Source: Candidatus Angelobacter sp.
GTDB taxonomy: Bacteria; Acidobacteriota; Terriglobia; Terriglobales; Acidobacteriaceae
Direction: 5' to 3'
Length of the DNA stretch: 48,579 bases
NCBI GenBank assembly: GCA_036270475.1
Contig: DATBCN010000055.1
Span: 1-48,579 of the forward strand
Below the pieces are notes generated by a model. That model ran no database searches. It was not told where the DNA came from and worked only from the letters and a program-made list of their open reading frames with translations. Numbering within the stretch: position 1 is the first letter of the stretch; each line of letters opens with the position of its first letter. Of this stretch, positions 15,273 to 24,760 are shown piece by piece. A program made the position numbers and the translations under genes.

Positions 15273-16976
15273 ATGACGAAAACAGATGACCTCTTTTTTG
15301 CAGCCAAGAGATTGAGAGGAACGGTTATGGGCGCCATATACTTTTCTTGCGATCAGGAATCATTGTTCATGGGATTGTCAATATTGCTGCGCGGGATCTC
15401 TTATCCCAGCCAGGCGGGAGAAACCATTGCCTCATCGTTCGAATCGGCAGCTAGGGGGCTTGGCGCCGCCCGCGGTGGATTGTTTTTGGTTCGGCACCAC
15501 CCGTCCGCAACTCGTTTGGAAACGCTGTGTCATTATCAAATGAACCCACAACATATCCGTGCCATTGAGTACGGTACTGATTCTGAAGATGCTGCCACTA
15601 GCCGGATCTGGAAAATTTTCAGCCAATGGGATGCAGGAACAAGCTCCTGGAAGGCTGGACCAATCGAGAAGGCAGCACCCAACTTGTACGTCATTTGCAT
15701 TCCGATCATAGACCCGGTACTTGATTCACCCGTTGCTGTTTTGCATTTTGAAAAAGAGACTGAGAACAACCCAGAGTTTGAGGCGGTGGCAAAAGAGTGG
15801 ATCACTCCATACGCGCTTGCACTGGGGCAAATCCTGAACCTTGGCTTCTCATCCACACAGGTCGAGATCGAAAGCGATGGAAAAGCAATCGATATCAAAA
15901 CGCCCGAGAATGCTCCGGAGTTGATTGGTGTTTCGGTGCAGACCCAGGCCTTGCGCCAGGAGCTGCACGATATTCACATTCCCGCGGCAAGCGCCCCAGA
16001 TCCTGACCCGATTCTGATCCTGGGTGAAAAGGGAACGGGCAAGGACCTGATTACGCGATATATCTATGCCTACAGCACGCGCCGCAATCGGCCCTATGTG
16101 GCGGTGAATTGTGCGGAGATCACGGATGAACTGGCAAGCGCGCGTTTCTTTGGGCATAAAAAAGGCTCTTTTACCGGATCGCTGGCCAACGAGCCTGGGC
16201 TATTCAGAGCGGCCGACCACGGCGTGCTCTTTCTTGATGAGATAGGCGATCTCTCACTCAAAGCGCAGGGAACTTTACTGCGCGTGCTGGAGAACCGCAC
16301 TGTCGTCCCGCTTGGGGAAACCAGAGAACAGCGAATTGATGTGCAGGTGATTCTGGGGACCAACTGTGATCCAGACCGCGCTGTTGCCGAGGGACGTATG
16401 CGTCCTGATCTTCTTGATCGTTTTCGCACTCAGGCAATCCGGCTGGCCCCGTTACGCGAACGGCCATGGGACATTCCCGCGCTGGTCCGTCATTTCATCG
16501 CTTACAACGAGAAGCGCACCCAGAAAAAAATCCTCAGCCTCCACGCCGATGTGCTGAAGATGCTGGTCGGGTATTCCTGGCCGGGCAACGTGCGGGAGTT
16601 GGCAAGGATATGTTCCTTGCTGGTTACGCATGTGAAGTCTGGCAGCCCAATTGATGCAGCGCTGTTCAGCCGGGTCATTCCTAATATCGGGAAGGAAGAA
16701 TGGAACCCTAAGGCTGGCGCAATGCTCGTGGGGAACGTTCCTATGCGGGAAGCCCTGGAAACCTTTGGACGTGAACTGATTCTTGCTCGTCTGCGGCAGC
16801 ACAACTGGAACATCAAGTCAGCGCGCGAAAGCCTTGGCCTTCCCAAAACAACGTTTCATCGTTATACACGCGCCCTGGGAATCGCCGGTTCCGTTCGCGA
16901 CGAACTAGCAGGAATAGAACAGTTCCCATATCCGACAAAACCGTTTGCTGGCGGAGGAATTCCCGCACTCAGTTGA
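15273..16976 (+). CDS. Sigma-54-dependent transcriptional activator (N-terminal sensory domain, AAA+, C-terminal HTH); no receiver domain
   Basis: 567 aa. Walker A is GEKGTGKD, the GAFTGA variant is GSFTGS, and Walker B is LFLDEIGDL. WPGNVREL and the HTH NIKSARESLGLPKTTFHRY are present. The ~230-aa N-terminal region looks GAF-like (tentative). Confidence 0.85.
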   Translation: MTKTDDLFFAAKRLRGTVMGAIYFSCDQESLFMGLSILLRGISYPSQAGETIASSFESAARGLGAARGGLFLVRHHPSATRLETLCHYQMNPQHIRAIEYGTDSEDAATSRIWKIFSQWDAGTSSWKAGPIEKAAPNLYVICIPIIDPVLDSPVAVLHFEKETENNPEFEAVAKEWITPYALALGQILNLGFSSTQVEIESDGKAIDIKTPENAPELIGVSVQTQALRQELHDIHIPAASAPDPDPILILGEKGTGKDLITRYIYAYSTRRNRPYVAVNCAEITDELASARFFGHKKGSFTGSLANEPGLFRAADHGVLFLDEIGDLSLKAQGTLLRVLENRTVVPLGETREQRIDVQVILGTNCDPDRAVAEGRMRPDLLDRFRTQAIRLAPLRERPWDIPALVRHFIAYNEKRTQKKILSLHADVLKMLVGYSWPGNVRELARICSLLVTHVKSGSPIDAALFSRVIPNIGKEEWNPKAGAMLVGNVPMREALETFGRELILARLRQHNWNIKSARESLGLPKTTFHRYTRALGIAGSVRDELAGIEQFPYPTKPFAGGGIPALS

Positions 16977-17084
16977 AGTTGGCCAATAAAAATGAATTGG
17001 ATACATCGTTCTGCTGTTTGCGATGTTAACAAAGCACAAATTCGTTCAGATATTTTCGTATTGCGGATAAAGGAGTAAAAATCA

Positions 17085-17405
17085 ATGATAGAACCATGGT
17101 TCGACCCAATTCGATATTCGTGGATTACAGGCGTTACGTTTGGTGCAATAGCACTGGCGCTGGGTGCGCTTGCAGCATGGCTCGTTCCTAAAGGCAAAGC
17201 CAAAGGGTTTATTGTTAGCTCATGGGTGGGCTTGTGGGCTGCGGCAATCATTCTTCTGATTACGGGAATCGTGGCCTTCCACGATCAGCAGCCCTGGGGC
17301 GTGTGGTATGGCCTGCTGCTGCCGGGCATTGTTGGTACCGCGGTAGTCGGAGGGAACCTGTTTGTCATCCTAAAGCGATACCATGAAGTGGAGCACCGCC
17401 AGTAG
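17085..17405 (+). CDS. Small integral membrane protein (3 predicted TM helices), unknown function
   Basis: 106 aa. The SD AAGGAG lies 9 nt upstream of the ATG. There are three hydrophobic stretches (ITGVTFGAIALALGALAAWLV, WVGLWAAAIILLITGIVAF, GLLLPGIVGTAVVGGNLFVIL). Confidence 0.55.
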   Translation: MIEPWFDPIRYSWITGVTFGAIALALGALAAWLVPKGKAKGFIVSSWVGLWAAAIILLITGIVAFHDQQPWGVWYGLLLPGIVGTAVVGGNLFVILKRYHEVEHRQ

Positions 17406-17418
17406 TTACAAAGCAAAT

Positions 17419-17456
17419 CAGAGCGAACTCAGAAGCGCTGTTTCGCTCTGTGTTTT
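17419..17456 (+). terminator. Rho-independent terminator candidate after the small membrane protein gene
   Basis: The 9-bp stem is CAGAGCGAA (17419-17427) / TTCGCTCTG (17442-17450), followed by TGTTTTG. Confidence 0.55.
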
Positions 17457-17459
17457 GCG

Positions 17460-17584
17460 AGGTTTGTCAATTGGCGGCTTCGATATCTGTAAGAGCGGCG
17501 GCATTACGTCTCCGCTCTTTTTATTAAAATATATTGCCCCTGACATAACCAGGGAACCGTTCGGTCTCCGCAGGTTTGTCAATT
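17460..17584 (+). repeat. 13-bp direct repeat AGGTTTGTCAATT (17460-17472 and 17572-17584)
   Basis: Two identical copies lie 112 bp apart in the intergenic region between the membrane protein gene and the amidase gene. Confidence 0.8.
17492..17524 (+). terminator. Second rho-independent terminator candidate
   Basis: The stem is AGAGCGG (17492-17498) / CCGCTCT (17512-17518), followed by TTTTATT. Confidence 0.55.
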
Positions 17585-17686
17585 CTTCCTTTCAATCTCT
17601 CCAAAAATTTTGACGCAAGCCATGGCTGTATGCGTGTCTAGTCTTTGTGGAAGTGTGAAAGCCTAACTTACCTCAAGGTTGATTTC

Positions 17687-19132
17687 ATGAAAGCCCCCCC
17701 CGCATTGTCTGCCGCGTCTCTTTGTGCTTTTTCTGCAGCGGAGATCGCGCAACTGGTTCGTTCGCGGGAAGTCTCCGCTGTCGAAGTGATGCAGCAGTAC
17801 GCCGAACGTATACAGAAGCTGAATCCAGTATTGAATGCTTTTGCGCATCTCGATTTGGATCGTGCTTTCGCGGAAGCAAAGCGCATCGATTCAGATGGGT
17901 GCCACGATTCCACGGAAAGCACTCTGTTGGGCGTGCCGGTCACCATAAAATCCTGTATTGACGTGAAAGGTTTGCGTTGCGCGGCGGGAAGCCGCTTAAG
18001 GTCAGATTACATAGCCGCAAGCGATGCTCCCGTGGTTGCCCGCCTTAAAAAGGCCGGAGCAATCGTGATTGGCAATACTACGACTCCTGAAATGTTGATG
18101 GCTTATCACACAAAAAATGACATCCACGGGCGGACTAACAATCCCTGGGACTTGAGCCGCACTCCAGGAGGCTCCAGCGGCGGCGAAGCTGCAGCCATTT
18201 CTTCCGGCATGTCTGCTGGTGGATTGGGCAGTGATGGCGGGGGATCCATTCGAGTTCCCGCGCATTTCACCGGAATCTGCGGACTCAAGCCGACGCCCGG
18301 CCTGGTTCCCTCTACGGGGCACTATCCTGCATGCGTTGGCCCTTTCTCCCTTATCGGCGTGGTAGGACCGATGGCGCGGACCGTAAAAGATTTGCAATTG
18401 CTTTTTGCGGCAGTCGTGGGCTATGGTCCCGCTGATCCCGCATCCCTACCCACGATGGTAAAAGTCCTGGATCGCAAGCACGTGAAGCAACTGCGCATTG
18501 GCTATTACGAAGATGATGGAGAAAGCTATCCGGGGGCCGAGACAACCGCTGCAGTTCGTGCCGCGGCTGGTGCTTTAAGGAGTGCCGGGTTCATTGTGGA
18601 AGCTTTTCGTCCGAAAGGTCTTGCAGATGCGCGGGAGCTATGGACTGTGATTTTTGTTGAGGCTGGCGCGTTGCTTCTGGCGACGTTGGTTCGAGGGCGT
18701 GAAGATGAGGTAAACCCCAATACACGGGAGTTTCTTGCTCTCGCTGCCGCTCGTCCCGCGCTGACGGGCGAGCGTTTGCTGGGCGCATTGATTGAACAAG
18801 ACCAGTTGCGCATGCGCGTAGAAGAGCAGATGCGCGACTATCCCATTTTGCTGGCGCCGGTCTGTTCCATGCCGGCATTTCCTCACCAGGATGCAGGGTG
18901 GGGACCGGAGCATGAGGCCGACTATCTGCGCACCATGACCTACTGCCAACATTACAACCTTCTGGGCAACCCTGCCGCTACTGTTCCGATTACTCAATCA
19001 CCAGAAGGTTTGCCGATAGGCGTGCAGATTATCGGACGCCCTTGTCACGACCATGAAGTCCTGGCTATCGCAGAAGCATTGAACGAACAATATAAGTGGA
19101 GAGAGCCCCCTCTGTGCAGGGCGATGGCATGA
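17687..19132 (+). CDS. Amidase-signature family amidase (GatA-like fold)
   Basis: The amidase signature is GGSSGGEAAAISSGMSAGGLGSDGGGSIRVPA. The catalytic Lys context is VPVTIKSCID. The ORF track starts at TTG 17645, but ATG 17687 (MKAPPALSAASL) is more likely. Confidence 0.85.
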   Translation: MKAPPALSAASLCAFSAAEIAQLVRSREVSAVEVMQQYAERIQKLNPVLNAFAHLDLDRAFAEAKRIDSDGCHDSTESTLLGVPVTIKSCIDVKGLRCAAGSRLRSDYIAASDAPVVARLKKAGAIVIGNTTTPEMLMAYHTKNDIHGRTNNPWDLSRTPGGSSGGEAAAISSGMSAGGLGSDGGGSIRVPAHFTGICGLKPTPGLVPSTGHYPACVGPFSLIGVVGPMARTVKDLQLLFAAVVGYGPADPASLPTMVKVLDRKHVKQLRIGYYEDDGESYPGAETTAAVRAAAGALRSAGFIVEAFRPKGLADARELWTVIFVEAGALLLATLVRGREDEVNPNTREFLALAAARPALTGERLLGALIEQDQLRMRVEEQMRDYPILLAPVCSMPAFPHQDAGWGPEHEADYLRTMTYCQHYNLLGNPAATVPITQSPEGLPIGVQIIGRPCHDHEVLAIAEALNEQYKWREPPLCRAMA

Positions 19133-20550
19133 AGAAGGCCGATTGTTTTAGCCGATCTTTCAACAAACGAACTGAAATACCCGATATGTCTCTAAAAGGA
19201 ACATCATCCGAGCGATCGCCCACGGTTGCTCTTATTTTGGGTCTGCTCGTCACTCTTGCAGCAGTGATGTCTTATTCTTGGTATATCACTGGGCAAATCT
19301 CTGGGCTGCGCACAATGCAGCGAGATATGGCCGACAGGAACCGTAGGGATTCGATTCAGTTATTGCGAATACAAGACGACTTGTATTCACTGGGTTTGGC
19401 CATGCGTGACATGCTCAATGCCGATCAGTCGAATCCTCTTACCGCATGGGAGGCGCAATTCCAGAGGATTCGAGGCGATCTGGAAGATGCTTTCCGGTTG
19501 GAGAGCAAGGTAGCTGTCGAGCATCGAAACGCGGCGCAGCAACAATACCTAGCAGCTTCCGTGACGCAGTTCTGGAATGCCCTGGACCGGGCTTTTGCGT
19601 TGGCAACAAAAGGAAATGAAGACGAAGCGCGCATACAAATCCGCGCTTGTTTGCCGCAACAGGCAGCAATTGGCAATTTGGTGGCAAGGTTACTGGTTGA
19701 AAATAATGAAAGCGAGGAACAAACAGCGCTCCAAATTGGACGCATTTACGATGGCGTGCAACGCCATGTCTATCTGTTTCTGGGCGGGGCCCTTGCCACC
19801 ATTCTCCTGAGCACTCTTTGTCTGATTGATTTGAGCCGCCGTCTGTTTGCTAAGGTATCTTTGCTTTCTCACCAACGCAGCGATCTTGCCCAAAAACTTA
19901 TTTCCACACAGGAGTCAGTCCTTCGGCACATCTCCAGAGATCTGCATGATGAGTTCGGACAAATATTAACGGCTATAGGAGCAATGCTGTCACGCATGCG
20001 CAATCAATCCTGGGAGAAGTCTTCCGTTCGCGATGGTTTACAAGAAATTTGCGAAATTACCCAGTCGGCACTCGACAATGTTCGCAGCCTTTCCCAGGCC
20101 CTGCACCCTGTGATACTGGAGGAGGAAGGGCTTGAGAGCGCGCTAGATTGGTACCTACCGAATGTTGAAAGACAGACCGCCATCTCCATTGCCTATGAAA
20201 AATCCGGCGTGGGATTCGTGCTTGAGAGCAGCGCTGCGGTTCATATCTACCGTGTTTTGCAGGAGGCCCTAAACAACGCCATACGCCATTCACGGACTCC
20301 TGAAGTCTGTGTGCGGCTTCATTACTTGAGCAATGCATTAGTGCTTGAAGTTGAGGACCATGGCACAGGCTTATGCCTTCAACAGGGAGCACCAGGAATT
20401 GGACTTGTGGGCATGCATGAGCGCGCGGAGATATTGGACGCAAAAATAGATTTTATGCCGGCAATTCCGGTGGGTACCCTAATGCGGCTGACTGTTCCCA
20501 GATGCCGCGTTGATTCGTTTGAGCAGCAACCCCTTGTGGCTTCTTCTTGA
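19129..20550 (+). CDS. Sensor histidine kinase, HisKA_3/NarX-DesK type (2 TM with extracytoplasmic helical sensor)
   Basis: ATG 19129 overlaps the amidase stop (ATGA). The ORF track extends it to 19096. The H-box is DLHDEFGQILTAI, with ALNNAIRHS, EDHGTGL and GIGLVGMHERA. TM helices are VALILGLLVTLAAVM and LFLGGALATILLSTLCLI. Confidence 0.8.
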   Translation: MKKADCFSRSFNKRTEIPDMSLKGTSSERSPTVALILGLLVTLAAVMSYSWYITGQISGLRTMQRDMADRNRRDSIQLLRIQDDLYSLGLAMRDMLNADQSNPLTAWEAQFQRIRGDLEDAFRLESKVAVEHRNAAQQQYLAASVTQFWNALDRAFALATKGNEDEARIQIRACLPQQAAIGNLVARLLVENNESEEQTALQIGRIYDGVQRHVYLFLGGALATILLSTLCLIDLSRRLFAKVSLLSHQRSDLAQKLISTQESVLRHISRDLHDEFGQILTAIGAMLSRMRNQSWEKSSVRDGLQEICEITQSALDNVRSLSQALHPVILEEEGLESALDWYLPNVERQTAISIAYEKSGVGFVLESSAAVHIYRVLQEALNNAIRHSRTPEVCVRLHYLSNALVLEVEDHGTGLCLQQGAPGIGLVGMHERAEILDAKIDFMPAIPVGTLMRLTVPRCRVDSFEQQPLVASS

Positions 20551-20868
20551 GCCTGATGTCTATAGTTTAGCGGCTCTACTGAATCAGTTTGAATCCAGAG
20601 AGGATTCGTGCCATGCGCTCACCTGAGCGTTGCCCATGATTTTGATCCGCAAATAACCCTGCAAGCTCTGTCTTAAAGCAGATGACAGGCAACTGCGCAC
20701 TATCGCACTGACTCTGCGATATGCCAGACAGTGAGTGGTTCGACCCAAAACTGAACCTTTAGCCGTTTGGAAGATATTAATGGCCCTAAAACTCCTCGCC
20801 GTGTGATCCATTGTTATTACTGCATTTGATAGCAAACGATGATATGAACCCTGCCCCGACCGATAAAA

Positions 20869-21561
20869 ATGTCGTCAGCTATGCGCGATGAACAGATGGC
20901 TAGCCAAAGGTCCTCTTCCGTCCCTCTCTGCCCGCAAGACCGCATTTCCGTTCTTCTTGTAGACGATCATGGTCTGGTGCGCCGGGGCTTTAGGCGCATC
21001 TTGGAAGATAGTAAGGACATTTGGGTTATTGGCGAAGCGAGCGATGGGGCCGCCGCGGTCAAGATGGTTCAGGAGCTAGCGCCTCACGTAGTCATCATGG
21101 ATTGCGCCCTTCCCGGAATGAGCGGCCTTACGGCGACAAATCGAATCGTGGAAATATCAACGGGGACGAACGTGCTGATGTTGAGCATGCATGCCGAAGA
21201 TACCTGGGTGCGCAAGGCACTCAGCGTTGGTGCGCGAGGTTACATTCTGAAGAATGCTGTTGATTTGGACCTGGTGACGGCGGTGAAGAAAGTGGCAGGG
21301 GGAGAAATAGTACTTGACCCGCAGCTTTCCCGCCGGTGCGTCTTGAAGGGCGAAAGGAACCATGGTCTTACCCACAGGGAGTTGCAAATTCTCCAACATA
21401 TAGTAGCAGGCAAATCAAACAAAGAGATCGCCGGGCAGCTCGATATCAGCGTGAATACGGTGGCGGTTCATCGCGCCAACATGATGCAGGCTCTGGGAAT
21501 CCACAATGCCGCGGGACTTGTCGCTTACGCAATTCGGAATGGCTTGATCAATGTTCTGTAG
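20869..21561 (+). CDS. Response regulator, NarL/LuxR family (REC + LuxR-type HTH)
   Basis: 230 aa. The receiver is ISVLLVDDH...VVIMDCALPGMSG. The HTH is LTHRELQILQHIVAGKSNKEIAGQLDISVNTVAVHRANMM. The exact start among M1, M5 and M10 is uncertain. Confidence 0.85.
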   Translation: MSSAMRDEQMASQRSSSVPLCPQDRISVLLVDDHGLVRRGFRRILEDSKDIWVIGEASDGAAAVKMVQELAPHVVIMDCALPGMSGLTATNRIVEISTGTNVLMLSMHAEDTWVRKALSVGARGYILKNAVDLDLVTAVKKVAGGEIVLDPQLSRRCVLKGERNHGLTHRELQILQHIVAGKSNKEIAGQLDISVNTVAVHRANMMQALGIHNAAGLVAYAIRNGLINVL

Positions 21562-21957
21562 TTGTCCGGCGCATGTTTCTCTGGAGCCAGGTTTTGCGGT
21601 ATGGTTAAAATTTCTCAAGTGCTCCAAATTTTTGCGTCTCCATATATCGCGGTGCTGATTGTGTGTCGCGCAAAGTTGATTGTCAATTTCATCGCGAGGT
21701 TCCATTTCGGGATTTGTTAGCCGGATATTGCCGCTAATGTCCATGCAGAATAGAGTTATGTACGAAACTTCCCGAATGTGGCTTCGGATTTCGCGCCAAC
21801 GAACTACGAATCGCAGTCTGAAAACCGCCGCTGAAGACAATGCATCGATCAGCAAAAACGCATCGGCGCAAATTATCAGGCTGTGAGTGTCTTTAGTAAT
21901 ATCAATCCGCTAGTTTTGTCAGCTAGTAAATATTAAGCTCTCCAGCTTCAAACATCG

Positions 21958-21978
21958 TAGCTTGGATTAGCCAAGCTA
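21958..21978. promoter_or_regulatory. Perfect 8-bp inverted repeat TAGCTTGG-attag-CCAAGCTA upstream of the ACP operon (operator candidate)
   Basis: The arms at 21958-21965 and 21971-21978 are exact reverse complements. It lies 36-50 bp upstream of the ACP start codons. Confidence 0.4.
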
Positions 21979-22028
21979 TTTAGCGTTGCAGTGCAAAAAT
22001 CAGAATTCAATTTGTGGAGCAGAAGACA

Positions 22029-22283
22029 ATGGATGTTGATGCCGTCAGGACCAAGATTAAACAAGCAATTCACCGTGTAGCTGGCATTGAAGTGGCCGCC
22101 ATTTCTGATACGGCCTCTTACGAAACTGACCTTGGATTAGACTCGCTTTCCATTCTTGAGATCTCCGTGGAGTTGGAAAACCAGTTCAAGTTCCATGCTT
22201 CTGACGAAGAATTGTCTTCAATCCATACCGTGCAAGATGCTGTGGATCTTGTGACAAAGAGAGTGGGCGTGGAAGTAGCATGA
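22029..22283 (+). CDS. Acyl carrier protein
   Basis: 84 aa from ATG 22029, with GGAG 9 nt upstream. The ORF track starts at GTG 22014. The phosphopantetheine attachment motif is DLGLDSLSILEI. The stop overlaps the next gene's start (ATGA). Confidence 0.8.
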   Translation: MDVDAVRTKIKQAIHRVAGIEVAAISDTASYETDLGLDSLSILEISVELENQFKFHASDEELSSIHTVQDAVDLVTKRVGVEVA

Positions 22284-23524
22284 TGGGACCTGCAGCAATT
22301 GCCGTTACCGGGCTTGGGGTTGTGACCTCAATCGGCGTGGGATGCGAACCATTCTGGGATTCACTTTTGGCGGGCCGAAACGGTTTTACCCGTGTAAAGA
22401 GCTTTGACACGGTTGGCTACTCAGTCCACATGGGCGCTGAAATCCAGGATTTTTGCCCTGAAGACTACGTTTTGGAAATAGATCCGGCCGCGATTGGACG
22501 CACGTCGCAGTTCGCAATCGCTGCCTCACGTCTTGCCCTGTTGGATGGCGGTCTAGATCTCTCAGAGATCGATAGAGCCCGTGTGGGCGTTTGTATAGGA
22601 ACTACGTCAGGAGAGCCCCACAGCATTGAGCGCTTTAACGATCAGTATGTGCAGGGCAGCATGAACAAGATTGGCAGCGAGTTTCTGCATGGATATCCTT
22701 GCCACGTAGTTCCGTTTCACGTGGCAAAGGAATTCGGCTTGGGCGGGGAAGTAATGATGATCCCGACCGCTTGCGCCGCCGGAAATTACGCGATTGCACA
22801 TGCGGGTGATCTTCTTTGTGCGGGCAAGACCGACTTTATGCTTGCTGGCGGGGCTGATTCATTTTCCCGTATCACTTACACCGGTTTTGCCAGACTCGGT
22901 GCCATCGCGCCTGAAGTTTGCCAGCCCTTCGATCTCAATCGTAAAGGGATGATTCCCGGCGAAGGTGCGGCCGTGCTTCTCCTTGAGCGCCGCGATCAAG
23001 CCCAGGCGCGTGGTGCCCGGATCTATTGTGAAGTTGCTGGTTACGGTCTCTCCTGCGACGCTCATCATATGACAGCGGCTCATCCGGAGGGGGAGGGAGC
23101 TGCCCGGGCTATTCGAATGGCGATGCAGCACAGCAACATTCGACCGGACGAAATCGACTACATAAGCGCCCATGGGACCGGAACGCCAACGAATGATCGC
23201 CTGGAAACCATCGCAGTCAAGAGAGCATTCGGCAAACGTGCATATGACATTCCAATGAGTTCCGTTAAATCAATGCTGGGACACACAATGGGAGCTGCCT
23301 CCGCGATTGAAGCCGCGGTTTGCGCGCTGGCCATCACCCATGGCTATATTCCACCCACCATGCATTGGCAGCAAAAAGACAGTGAATGTGATCTGGATTG
23401 CGTTCCAAATATCGCGCGCAAGCACAAGGTAACGGTAGCGATGAACAATGCGTATGCATTTGGCGGAAATAATTCCTCTTTGGTACTCGCCGCAAGTACC
23501 AATTCGAACCGTGAACGCGCATGA
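22280..23524 (+). CDS. Beta-ketoacyl-ACP synthase (FabF/KS-alpha type, catalytically complete)
   Basis: 414 aa. The Cys-His-His triad contexts are PTACAAGNYAI, SAHGTGTPTND and KSMLGHTMGAAS. The start overlaps the ACP stop, and the stop overlaps the next start. Confidence 0.9.
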   Translation: MMGPAAIAVTGLGVVTSIGVGCEPFWDSLLAGRNGFTRVKSFDTVGYSVHMGAEIQDFCPEDYVLEIDPAAIGRTSQFAIAASRLALLDGGLDLSEIDRARVGVCIGTTSGEPHSIERFNDQYVQGSMNKIGSEFLHGYPCHVVPFHVAKEFGLGGEVMMIPTACAAGNYAIAHAGDLLCAGKTDFMLAGGADSFSRITYTGFARLGAIAPEVCQPFDLNRKGMIPGEGAAVLLLERRDQAQARGARIYCEVAGYGLSCDAHHMTAAHPEGEGAARAIRMAMQHSNIRPDEIDYISAHGTGTPTNDRLETIAVKRAFGKRAYDIPMSSVKSMLGHTMGAASAIEAAVCALAITHGYIPPTMHWQQKDSECDLDCVPNIARKHKVTVAMNNAYAFGGNNSSLVLAASTNSNRERA

Positions 23525-24756
23525 ACAAACTAGTGGTCATCACGGGTGTCGGACTTATTTCCAGGCTGGGAGACTCGTCTGCTCTGCTTCATCGGGACTT
23601 ATGCGCCGGATCAAATCGTCTGGATGAAATTACAGAATATGAAACACATGGTTTCGGTTCCCAGCCGGGAGGGAGTATTTCTGCGTTCGCACCTGAAACG
23701 TATCTGAGTGGCCGGGCTCTGAGGCCCTTGGATAGAACTGGGAGGCTCTTTGCGTCCGCTGCCAAGCTCGCTCTGGAAAGCAGCGGCTGGAGCGCCGGGT
23801 ATTTAGCCACCAACGATGTGGGAGTGGTGTTGGGCACAATGTTCGGCAGTATGCATACAATTTCGCAATTTGACCGGCAAGCTCTCATCGATGGCCCATC
23901 GTGCGTTAGTCCCATGGATTTTTCCAACACGGTCATCAATTCCGCAGCCGCACAAACTGCAATCTGGCACAAACTACGGGGGATCAATTCCACAATTGCT
24001 TCGGGCGCGACTTCAGGGCTTATGGCGATTGGGTATGCGGCTGATCTCATCCAGAGCGGACGTCAGTCCGCGGTGCTGGCTGGTGGAGCTGATGAATTCT
24101 GTTTTGAATCTTTTTGCGGTATGGCGCGCGCCGGACTTTTGCGTGGTTCCTCCAGCCAACGCGGATGCGCGGTGCCTTTTGATGAGCGGCGTACTGGTAT
24201 GACGTTAAGTGAGGCTGGAGCGCTGCTCGCGCTCGAAGACTGGGAATCGGCGAAAGCGCGCGGCGCGAATGTGCTGGGTGAAATACGCGGGCATGCCAAC
24301 GCCTACAATCCAGCAGGAAACCAGAATGGGCGAGGCCCAGACGCGATTATTCGCGCCATGCAGGGAGCGCTGGAGTCTGCCCGAATGTCGACTGGAGACA
24401 TCGACTGCATAAGCGCGGCTGCGAATGGGAGTCCCGTGGATGACAAGAATGAGGCGATGGCGATCCATGCAGTTTTCAATAGCCATGCGAACAGCGTTCC
24501 GCTCACGGCGATCAAATCAGTGCTTGGCGAAACTCTTGGCGCGGCCGGCGCATTACAGGCGATTGATTTTGTAGAGTCAATGCGAACGTCTTTGCTTCCT
24601 GGGATCGCTGGATTAGGAGAGGTTGATGAGGAAGCGGCGTCTTTGAACCTTTGCCGCCAGCCGACCCTGCTGAATGTGCGTTCCGCATTGATTAACAGTG
24701 TCGGTTTTGATGGCCACGCCTGCTCGCTCATTATTACAGCACCGCCGCAAGGATAA
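23521..24756 (+). CDS. Ketosynthase-like partner lacking the catalytic triad (KS-beta / chain-length-factor-like)
   Basis: 411 aa with a thiolase fold. The segment equivalent to TACxxG reads TIASGATSG with no Cys. The two His motifs read SAAANGSPVDD and KSVLGETLGAAG (His to Asn/Ala and to Glu). The ATGA overlap with the KS gene fits a heterodimer. Confidence 0.8.
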   Translation: MNKLVVITGVGLISRLGDSSALLHRDLCAGSNRLDEITEYETHGFGSQPGGSISAFAPETYLSGRALRPLDRTGRLFASAAKLALESSGWSAGYLATNDVGVVLGTMFGSMHTISQFDRQALIDGPSCVSPMDFSNTVINSAAAQTAIWHKLRGINSTIASGATSGLMAIGYAADLIQSGRQSAVLAGGADEFCFESFCGMARAGLLRGSSSQRGCAVPFDERRTGMTLSEAGALLALEDWESAKARGANVLGEIRGHANAYNPAGNQNGRGPDAIIRAMQGALESARMSTGDIDCISAAANGSPVDDKNEAMAIHAVFNSHANSVPLTAIKSVLGETLGAAGALQAIDFVESMRTSLLPGIAGLGEVDEEAASLNLCRQPTLLNVRSALINSVGFDGHACSLIITAPPQG

Positions 24757-24760
24757 TTTC

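Noticed and set aside
20591-20607. The palindrome GAATCC-agaga-GGATTC just after the histidine kinase stop.
   Set aside because: Its half-site and spacer differ from the TGTCCA-N4-TGGACA family, and it has no U-tract to qualify as a terminator. It is probably a chance or weak hairpin.
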